Assembly: GCA_009379915.1 (NCBI GenBank)
Contig: WHSV01000006.1
Location: 279-64,278, forward strand
DNA length: 64,000 nucleotides
Source of the DNA: Actinomycetota bacterium
Lineage (GTDB): Bacteria > Actinomycetota > CADDZG01 > WHSQ01
Reading direction: 5' to 3'
Shown piece by piece: positions 57,197 through 64,000 of the stretch; the stretch's first letter is position 1, and each line of letters opens with the position of its first letter. The notes under the pieces are model-generated. The model was not told the origin of the DNA and did no database searches. It saw only the letters and a list, made by a program, of their open reading frames with translations. The position numbers and the translations under genes are program-made.

Positions 57197-58830
57197 CCTC
57201 GGTGCCATCTCCCATCGAACTTCCCGCCTGGCGTGAACTACAGGCTCACTTCGGACGTCTGAAAAACACTCATCTGCGCACGCTCTTCGCCGAGGATCCC
57301 CGGCGGGCCGAGACGATGACGGTTGATGCGGAGGGGATGCGACTCGATTACTCCAAGAACCGGATGACCGCCGAGACCATGACGCTCCTCCTGCGCCTCG
57401 CCGAGGAAGCGGGGCTGAGGGAACGCATCGAGGCGATGTTCTCGGGCGATCGCATCAACGTCACCGAGGACCGGCCGGTGCTCCACGTCGCGCTTCGGGC
57501 CCCACGAGATGCGGTCATCGAGGTCGAGGGAGACAACGTCGTTCCGTGGGTGCACGAGGTGCTCGATCGGATGGCGTCGTTCAGCGACCGGCTGCGCTCA
57601 GGCGATTGGAGGGGGCACACCGGCCGGCCGATACGCAACGTCGTCAGCATCGGCATCGGAGGATCCGACCTCGGCCCGCAGATGGCGTACGAGACCCTGC
57701 TCCACTACAGCGAACGCTCCCTGACCTTTCGCTTCGTCTCGAACATCGACGGGACCGACTTTGCAGAGGCGACACGCGGCCTCGACCCCGCCGAGACGCT
57801 GTTCATCGTGTCGTCGAAGTCGTTCACGACACTCGAGACGCTGACCAATGCACGAACCGCCCGGCGCTGGCTGATCGAAGGTCTCGGGGGTGACGAGTCG
57901 GCCGTGGCGAAGCACTTCGTGGCCATCTCGACGAACGAGAAGCTCGTCGCGGACTTCGGGATCGACACGATCAACATGTTCGGGTTCTGGGACTGGGTCG
58001 GAGGTCGCTACTCCGTCGACTCCGCGATCGGACTCTCGTTGATGACCGCCATCGGGTCGGATCGGTTCCGTGCCTTCCTCGACGGCTTTCACGCAATCGA
58101 CGAGCACTTTCGGTCGGCCCCCTTCGAATCCAACCTCCCGGTTCTTCTCGGCTTGATCGGGATTTGGTACGACAACTTCTTCGAGGCCGAGAGCGTTGCG
58201 ATCCTCCCCTACGACCAGTACCTCCACCGGTTCCCCGCGTACCTCCAACAGCTCGACATGGAGAGCAACGGGAAATCCGTCGACCTGAGCGGACGACCCG
58301 TCGAGTGGCAAACCGGACCCACCGTATGGGGCGAGCCGGGGACCAACGGCCAGCATGCCTTCTACCAGTTGCTCCATCAAGGCACGAAGCTCGTTCCGGC
58401 CGACTTCATCGGCTTCTGCCGGAGCCTCAACCCCCTCGGCGAGCACCACGACCTGCTGATGGCCAACTTCTTCGCCCAGACCGAGGCACTGGCCTTCGGG
58501 CGCACGGAGGACGAGGTTCGCGCCGAGGGTGGAGATGAACGACAGATCCCTCATCGCACCTTCGAGGGCAACCGACCGACGAACACCATCCTGCTCGACG
58601 AGCTGACGCCCTACTCAGTCGGCTCGCTCATCGCCCTGTACGAGCACAAGGTTTTTACTCAGGGCGCGATCTGGAACATCAATTCGTTCGACCAGTGGGG
58701 CGTCGAGCTCGGCAAGGTCCTCGCTCAGCGCATCGCCCCGGAACTGACGAGCGTGGAGGCGTCAAGCCTCGAACACGACGGCTCCACCAGCAATCTGATC
58801 CGCCATTACAAAGCCCGCAGAAAAGCCTGA
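57193..58830 (+). CDS. pgi: glucose-6-phosphate isomerase
   Basis: ORF 57010..58830 trimmed to the GTG at 57193 (GTGA overlap). It contains [23 protein letters not shown] and [14 protein letters not shown]. Confidence 0.93.
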   Translation: MTSVPSPIELPAWRELQAHFGRLKNTHLRTLFAEDPRRAETMTVDAEGMRLDYSKNRMTAETMTLLLRLAEEAGLRERIEAMFSGDRINVTEDRPVLHVALRAPRDAVIEVEGDNVVPWVHEVLDRMASFSDRLRSGDWRGHTGRPIRNVVSIGIGGSDLGPQMAYETLLHYSERSLTFRFVSNIDGTDFAEATRGLDPAETLFIVSSKSFTTLETLTNARTARRWLIEGLGGDESAVAKHFVAISTNEKLVADFGIDTINMFGFWDWVGGRYSVDSAIGLSLMTAIGSDRFRAFLDGFHAIDEHFRSAPFESNLPVLLGLIGIWYDNFFEAESVAILPYDQYLHRFPAYLQQLDMESNGKSVDLSGRPVEWQTGPTVWGEPGTNGQHAFYQLLHQGTKLVPADFIGFCRSLNPLGEHHDLLMANFFAQTEALAFGRTEDEVRAEGGDERQIPHRTFEGNRPTNTILLDELTPYSVGSLIALYEHKVFTQGAIWNINSFDQWGVELGKVLAQRIAPELTSVEASSLEHDGSTSNLIRHYKARRKA

Positions 58831-58832
58831 GG

Positions 58833-59606
58833 TCAGGCCGGCGTCAGGGCCAGTGCTCGGGCCGGGCTGCCGGAGCCATCCACGACCTTCAGAGGAGCGG
58901 CGACCAGCAGCGCTCCCGTCGCCGGCAGTTGCGCCAGGTTAGCGAGTTGGGTGAGCCCGAACTTTCCCGCCCCGTGCATGAAGTGGTGACATGGAAACGC
59001 AGGGTCGAAACTGTGGGCGATGCCCGCATCGGTGCCCACGGTTTCGACACCGAGCCCCACGAAGGGAGATTCCTCGGCGAGCCAGCGCGCGCACTCGACG
59101 TCGGGACCCGGCGTGTGGGGGCCGGTCTCGTTCGCGTTCAGGAACGCGGCCTGGTCGGACGCCCGGGCGTCCCAGCCGGTGCGCACCAACAACCACCCGC
59201 CCTGGGGGAACGGTCCGTGCTCGTTCTCGAACTCCTTCAGATGGTCGACCGTCAGCAGGAAGTCCGGGTCGGCCTCCGCCTCCGCGCTCTTGTCGATCAC
59301 TATCGCGGGGCCGATCAGTTTCGTCGCGTCGATGGACGCGAGGTCGTCGGAGTCCCTCCCGGTGACCCAGTGGATCGGCGCGTCGAAGTGGGTTCCGACG
59401 TGTTCGCCCACCTCGATCTTGTTCCAGTACCAACCCGGCCCCCGGTTGTCGTAACGGCTCAGCTCCTCCATCTTGAATCCGGGCGTGTTCACGAAAGGCT
59501 CGGGCAGTTGGATGATCGGAGTCGATTCGGACAAAGGCTGGGTCAGATCCACGACCCGCACCGACCCCGAAACGAGCGATTCAAACAGACCATCAAGAGC
59601 GGCCAT
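58833..59606 (-). CDS. cyclase family protein (kynurenine formamidase-like)
   Basis: ORF 58833..60173 trimmed to MAALDGL (ATG 59606, with TAAGGAGG upstream). It contains GTHFDAPIHW and GVETVGTD. Confidence 0.85.
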   Translation of the reverse strand: MAALDGLFESLVSGSVRVVDLTQPLSESTPIIQLPEPFVNTPGFKMEELSRYDNRGPGWYWNKIEVGEHVGTHFDAPIHWVTGRDSDDLASIDATKLIGPAIVIDKSAEAEADPDFLLTVDHLKEFENEHGPFPQGGWLLVRTGWDARASDQAAFLNANETGPHTPGPDVECARWLAEESPFVGLGVETVGTDAGIAHSFDPAFPCHHFMHGAGKFGLTQLANLAQLPATGALLVAAPLKVVDGSGSPARALALTPA

Positions 59607-59617
59607 CGTGTTCCTCC

Positions 59618-60187
59618 TTAGGCTCGGTCCACGCGGAGAGCACGCGCGAACTCGAAGCGGTTCTCCAGCAACTCGAGATCCATGTGAAAACCCGCCGGTC
59701 CGACCGCCTCGACCTTCGCCACGAGGCTGTGGAGCTCCATAGACGCGCCGGCGGATCGAACCGCAGAGGTGAAGTCGTCCAGCGCCGCGTAAGTCTTGGC
59801 GTTCGCTATTCCGGCTCCCCGAGCGATCGCCGCCAGGTCCGAGCCCGTAGAGGTTGCGGTCGGAAAGCCGCCGACGCTCAGGAGCGACTCGTTGTCGAAC
59901 ACGATGTGGGTGAGATTTCCGGGCGCGTAGCGTGCCAGCGTCGTCAGCCCTCCCAGGTTCATCAACACCGAACCGTCGCCGTCGATAACCACCACCCGAC
60001 GTTCGGGCTGCGCCAGCGCGATTCCAAGACCGACCGACGAGGCGAGCCCCATCGCGTGCTCGAGGTAGAAGAAGTTGGCCCTGTGGCCGATCGAGTACAA
60101 CTCGGCTGCGACGGCTCCCATGATCGTCACGACCGCGCAGTCGCGGAGGTCGTCGTAGATGGCTTCGAGACACTCGATGCGCTTCAC
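59618..60187 (-). CDS. thiamine-diphosphate enzyme, beta subunit (sulfopyruvate/phosphonopyruvate decarboxylase-like)
   Basis: ORF 59618..60613 trimmed to the GTG at 60187 (GTGA overlap). The TPP-binding VVIDGDGSVLMNLGGLTT...FDNES is present. Confidence 0.8.
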   Translation of the reverse strand: MKRIECLEAIYDDLRDCAVVTIMGAVAAELYSIGHRANFFYLEHAMGLASSVGLGIALAQPERRVVVIDGDGSVLMNLGGLTTLARYAPGNLTHIVFDNESLLSVGGFPTATSTGSDLAAIARGAGIANAKTYAALDDFTSAVRSAGASMELHSLVAKVEAVGPAGFHMDLELLENRFEFARALRVDRA

Positions 60188-60699
60188 TGCTTCTCCCACA
60201 TGAGGTCGCGTGTGAGCAACAGTGCGACCGGCGATAGTGACGCCTGCGCGAGTGTCATCGCCTCGGCGATCTGGTGGGAAACGGCCTCCTGATCCCTGAG
60301 CTCGGAGTGAACGATCCTCAACGCATCGAGAACGTGACGCGTGTAACGGCCACCTTCCGTCTGCCACGGATCCGGTTCGCCGAGATGACCGCGGTCGCTG
60401 ACCAGCATGAGCAGCGGGATCTTGTAGAGAAGCGCACAGGACACGATGCCGTTGATGGACTGGAGGAAGCCGTGGTTCTGCATGAGCATCGCAGAGCGAA
60501 CCCCTGCGAAGTGAGCACCAGTGGAGATCCCGACTCCTTCCTCCTCCTTCGCGAGGCGAACGAGAGTCATCGCCGGATCGTCGTCCGCCATCCGAATCAG
60601 GTGAACGAGCCAAGTCTCCGGCAGCGCCGAGATCACTCCGACGTCAGCCGCTTTGAGCGCGTCGTAGATGACCTTTGAACTGGCCTCAGAGACCGGCAA
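60184..60699 (-). CDS. thiamine-diphosphate enzyme, alpha subunit (ComD-like)
   Basis: ORF 60184..60699, with a pyrimidine-binding-domain pattern ([16 protein letters not shown]...MQNHG). Confidence 0.8.
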   Translation of the reverse strand: MPVSEASSKVIYDALKAADVGVISALPETWLVHLIRMADDDPAMTLVRLAKEEEGVGISTGAHFAGVRSAMLMQNHGFLQSINGIVSCALLYKIPLLMLVSDRGHLGEPDPWQTEGGRYTRHVLDALRIVHSELRDQEAVSHQIAEAMTLAQASLSPVALLLTRDLMWEKQ

Positions 60700-60739
60700 C
60701 CCGACTCCCCCCTTCTGCCCGCTCGCTCCTGGGCGGGTC

Positions 60740-60770
60740 TTGACAAGAAACTATGCTCCGGGCGTACGGT
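60740..60770 (+). promoter_or_regulatory. candidate promoter TTGACA-19-TACGGT with flanking inverted repeat CTTGAC/GTCAAG
   Basis: TTGACA lies at 60740-60745 and TACGGT at 60765-60770. The 19-nt spacer is longer than optimal. Confidence 0.3.
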
Positions 60771-60810
60771 CAAGCTCAGTAGTATCCGCCGCGCGAGAAT
60801 AGGGGGCATC

Positions 60811-62196
60811 ATGCCGCGCACCGATGTCGTCAAGGTGATTCTTCCGGAGTCCGAGATCCCGACGGCGTGGTACAACATCCTGCCCGACCTACCGGGCGAA
60901 CCTCTGCCCCCGCTTCACCCGGGAACGGGTGAGCCCGTGGGCCCTGCCGATCTCGCCCCTCTCTTTCCGGAAGCGCTCATCATGCAGGAGGTCTCGAGCG
61001 AGCGCTGGATAGACATTCCGGGCGAAGTGATCGACATCTTCAAGACTTGGCGCCCGTCGCCCCTGTATCGCGCCCACCGCCTCGAGAGGGCTCTGGGACT
61101 GACGCCGGGCAAGCAACGCATCTACTACAAGTGGGAGGGCGTGTCGCCCGGCGGGTCGCACAAGCCCAACACCGCCGTACCGCAGGCGTTCTTCAACAAG
61201 CAGGCCGGAACCCGCAAGCTGACAACCGAGACCGGCGCCGGGCAGTGGGGTTCGTCGCTCGCCTACGCGTGCGCCCTGTTCGACCTCCAGTGCGAGGTCT
61301 TCATGGTCAAGGTCAGCTACGAGCAGAAGCCGGGCCGGCGCACTCTCATGGAGACGTGGGGCGCGACGGTTCACGCTTCACCGTCCGACAGGACCGAGTC
61401 GGGTCGCAAGATCCTCGCCGACCACCCCGATTCGACGGGATCGCTCGGGATCGCCATCTCGGAGGCCGTCGAGATCGCTGCGCAGAGCGACGACACCCAT
61501 TACTCGTTGGGCAGCGTGCTGAACCACGTTTGCACGCACCAGACGATCGTCGGGCTCGAAGCGAAGAAGCAGATGGACGCTTTCGAGGACACGCCCGACG
61601 TCGTCGTGGGCTGCGTCGGAGGGGGGTCGAATTACGCGGGTCTCTCGTACCCTTATGCCGCGGACGTGCTTGCCGGCGAGGCGAACACGCGCTTCCTCGC
61701 CGTGGAGCCCGACGCCTGCCCGACTCTGACGCGCGGCACCTACGCTTACGATTTCGGCGACACCGCGGGCATGACGCCGTTGATGCCGATGTACACGCTC
61801 GGTCACGACTTCGTCCCGGCCCCCGTCCACGCGGGCGGGCTCCGATACCACGGCGACGCGCCGAGTCTCAGCGGCCTGGTGAAGGCCGGCCTCTACGAGG
61901 CGCGGGCCTACCCTCAGGTCCCGGTGTTCGAGGCGGCGGTCATGTTCGCCCGCTCCGAGGGATGGCTGCCCGGCCCCGAGCCCGCGCACGCACTCAAGGG
62001 TGCGATCGACGAGGCCCTCGCGGCGCGCGCGGCCGACGAGGAGCGAGTCGTGTTGTTCAACCTCTGCGGCCACGGCCACTTCGACATCAGCGCCTACGAG
62101 GCCTTCCTCGGCGGCGAGCTCGAGGACCTGCAGCTGAGCGACGAGGACCTGGCCGCCTCGCTGGCGACCCTGCCCCCACAGCCGGCGAACGCCTGA
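60811..62196 (+). CDS. TrpB-like pyridoxal-phosphate enzyme (tryptophan synthase beta type 2)
   Basis: ORF 60811..62196. It contains [31 protein letters not shown] and [10 protein letters not shown]. Confidence 0.9.
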   Translation: MPRTDVVKVILPESEIPTAWYNILPDLPGEPLPPLHPGTGEPVGPADLAPLFPEALIMQEVSSERWIDIPGEVIDIFKTWRPSPLYRAHRLERALGLTPGKQRIYYKWEGVSPGGSHKPNTAVPQAFFNKQAGTRKLTTETGAGQWGSSLAYACALFDLQCEVFMVKVSYEQKPGRRTLMETWGATVHASPSDRTESGRKILADHPDSTGSLGIAISEAVEIAAQSDDTHYSLGSVLNHVCTHQTIVGLEAKKQMDAFEDTPDVVVGCVGGGSNYAGLSYPYAADVLAGEANTRFLAVEPDACPTLTRGTYAYDFGDTAGMTPLMPMYTLGHDFVPAPVHAGGLRYHGDAPSLSGLVKAGLYEARAYPQVPVFEAAVMFARSEGWLPGPEPAHALKGAIDEALAARAADEERVVLFNLCGHGHFDISAYEAFLGGELEDLQLSDEDLAASLATLPPQPANA

Positions 62197-62206
62197 GCAA
62201 CGAGCC

Positions 62207-62278
62207 GGTCGGTGCGGTCGGTGCGGTCGGTGCGGTCGGTGCGGTCGGTGCGGTCGGTGCGGTCGGTGCGGTCGGTGC
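62207..62278. repeat. tandem repeat (GGTCGGTGC) x8
   Basis: Eight perfect head-to-tail 9-mers counted directly, followed by CTACCAC. Confidence 0.95.
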
Positions 62279-62365
62279 CTACCACTACGACCAGTACGAC
62301 CGGCGAATTTCCACGAGACACCTATCTCGAGCGTTGAGCGAGGGCAGCTCTAACCCGGGCCCGCG

Positions 62366-62410
62366 GGTCGGTGCGGTCGGTGCGGTCGGTGCGGTCGGTG
62401 CGGTCGGTGC
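62366..62410. repeat. tandem repeat (GGTCGGTGC) x5
   Basis: Five perfect 9-mers, followed by CTACCAG. Confidence 0.95.
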
Positions 62411-62519
62411 CTACCAGCGCGACCACACCGACCAGTCGATTCTCGGACGGACATATATCTCATCGAAGTCGCCCGGCGTCTTGGCAGCCCCTGTCGGATG
62501 AGGACCTCGGCCGCTCGCT

Positions 62520-62525
62520 TATCAT
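62520..62525 (+). promoter_or_regulatory. -10 hexamer TATCAT, 9 nt before the ATG
   Basis: The context is cgctTATCATgcgggctcaATG. Confidence 0.35.
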
Positions 62526-62534
62526 GCGGGCTCA

Positions 62535-63782
62535 ATGCCTGAGCTCCTACCTTTTCGCGGGATGCGATTCGCCGACTCCGACCGTCTCAAGGATCTCGTG
62601 TGCCCGCCCTACGACGTCATCTCACCAGCCGAGCAAAAGCGGCTGCACGAGCGCAACCCTGCGAACGCCGTCCACCTCGAGCTGTCCCAGGCTCACGAGG
62701 ACCGGGACGTGCGGAACCGAGAGGTCGCCGGGGTCTGGCGACGTTGGATCGAGGAGGGCATCGTCGTCCAGGAGTCGACCGAATCCTTCTACGTCTACAG
62801 GCAGGATTTCGTGTCACAGGACGGCCGTCGCTGCCGGGTTGCGGGAGTGATCGGGGCGCTGAAGCTCGGCCCCTACGGGGAGGCGTCCGGGGTGCTGCCC
62901 CACGAGCGGACGATGCCCGGGCCGATCGAGGAACGCCTCTCGCTGATGAAGGCATTGCCGGTGAACATCTCGCCGATCTATTCGATCTACAGGGGCGGTG
63001 GTGGCCTGACGCCGTACCTGGACGAACTCGAGAACCGCCCGACCGCCGCGCGCTTCGCAGACGAGCACGGCACGCTCCACCGCCTGTGGATCATCTCGGC
63101 CCCCGCCGAGCGCGACATGATCTCGGAGGCGTTGAGACCGGGCCCCCTCGTCATCGCAGACGGACACCACCGCTACGAGACGGCCCTGGCCTACGCGCAA
63201 TCCGTGGGAGGAGAGGGCGATCACCAGTCGGTCATGTGTTTCTGCGTCGACGCCGACGCCGAGGACCTCGTCGTGTTCCCCTATCACCGGGTGCTGAAGA
63301 CGAGCGTCGATCCCCGAGAGATCGAGCGACGGATGGCCGAGAGGTGGCCCGTCAAGCCCATCGACAACGGGACCAGTAGTTCGGCCGCGCTGAGCCACTC
63401 GAGCGCGGACCACCCCTTCCTCTTGCACTCGAGGGAGGGTGAAACTCTTGTCGAAGTCGGCGACTCCACCGTGGTCGAGCAGGTCGGGACAAGAGCCAGG
63501 GCATGGCGGGATCTCGACGTCGTCGCTCTCCACGAGGCCGTTCTCCCCCTGGTGCTCCCCGAGGGTGTGGACGATCTGCGCTTCTCGAAGGACCCGGACG
63601 AGATACTCAGTCTGGTGGAAGACGGGGGCTGGACGGCAGGAGTCCTGTTACGGGCGTTGCACCCCGCTCAGGTGGTCGAGGTGGCCAGGTCGGGCGAGCG
63701 GATGCCGCAGAAGGCGAGCTACTTCTGGCCGAAAGCCCTAACCGGGTTGGTCTTCAGGACTCTGACTCGCCTCCCGGGCTGA
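62535..63782 (+). CDS. DUF1015 family protein
   Basis: ORF 62535..63782. It starts MPELLPFRGMRFADS...LVCPPYDVIS and contains IADGHHRYETAL. Confidence 0.85.
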   Translation: MPELLPFRGMRFADSDRLKDLVCPPYDVISPAEQKRLHERNPANAVHLELSQAHEDRDVRNREVAGVWRRWIEEGIVVQESTESFYVYRQDFVSQDGRRCRVAGVIGALKLGPYGEASGVLPHERTMPGPIEERLSLMKALPVNISPIYSIYRGGGGLTPYLDELENRPTAARFADEHGTLHRLWIISAPAERDMISEALRPGPLVIADGHHRYETALAYAQSVGGEGDHQSVMCFCVDADAEDLVVFPYHRVLKTSVDPREIERRMAERWPVKPIDNGTSSSAALSHSSADHPFLLHSREGETLVEVGDSTVVEQVGTRARAWRDLDVVALHEAVLPLVLPEGVDDLRFSKDPDEILSLVEDGGWTAGVLLRALHPAQVVEVARSGERMPQKASYFWPKALTGLVFRTLTRLPG

Positions 63783-63966
63783 CCTCTGCGAGCCGGGGCG
63801 GCTCGCACGACCGGCACGGACTCAATCCCTCTGCCGCCGCCTGCTGGACGGTGATCGTCACCGCTTCCTCCTTGCCATCGAGGATCCTGCAGCCGGCTCG
63901 GTGATAGACGGTGGGCCCCTGCGACGACCTGTTCGGCACCCGCCGCGCTGCCGCCGGGTGAGGCAC
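63754..63966 (-). CDS. small protein with C-terminal cysteine motif (YH..GC...PC..C.P, Ada-like metal-binding pattern)
   Basis: ORF 63754..63966 has high third-position GC and contains VYHRAGCRIL...GLSPCRSCEP. It overlaps the DUF1015 3' end by 29 nt. Confidence 0.35.
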   Translation of the reverse strand: MPHPAAARRVPNRSSQGPTVYHRAGCRILDGKEEAVTITVQQAAAEGLSPCRSCEPPRLAEVSPGGESES

Positions 63967-64000
63967 TCATCCGGCTCAGGTTGCGCCCCAGCAACGTGGC

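Noticed and set aside
62207-62410. CRISPR array.
   Set aside because: The 9-bp units are directly contiguous with no spacers. The unit is far too short, and no cas genes are present.

Overview
High-GC chromosomal segment of actinobacterial type. The assignment rests on a mycothiol-type DinB enzyme and on gene order recalled from the Mycobacterium tuberculosis blocks Rv1692-Rv1713 and Rv1822-Rv1832. The window is densely coding. Almost every gene between 0.9 and 45 kb is on the minus strand, and many neighbours overlap by 4 nt (ATGA/GTGA/TTGA), which I used to trim the over-long ORF-track models. Contents, left to right: a methyltransferase and a frameshifted small laccase; the glycine cleavage genes gcvPB-gcvPA-gcvT and gcvH with two MerR regulators, a bifunctional nuclease and an FHA protein; hpt and a D-Ala-D-Ala carboxypeptidase; a fused nucleotidyltransferase/phosphomannomutase, a CDP-alcohol phosphatidyltransferase and tRNA-Pro; der-cmk-aroA-tyrA-aroH-rluB-scpB-scpA-trpS; a ParA-like ATPase with a small putative RHH partner; deoB, a DksA/TraR protein, xerD, ald and pyrG; a four-gene envelope module ending in murJ; mctB-steA-recN-nadK-tlyA. 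From 46.6 to 57.2 kb lies an aryl-CoA catabolic island, followed by pgi, a cyclase plus split TPP enzyme, TrpB2 and DUF1015. No rRNA, CRISPR array, transposase or recognisable defence system was found. The main unexplained signals are: (1) an AT-rich palindromic box (ATTTGTCGAC / CTTGTCGACAAG) recurring in at least 12 intergenic regions; (2) an 814-bp gene-free island between convergent genes beside the ParA/RHH pair; (3) a 371-bp structured non-coding segment upstream of a leaderless deoB; (4) two arrays of a 9-bp tandem repeat; (5) four phased TTGGAAC heptamers at pyrG. All family names come from motif recognition by eye, with no database searches.
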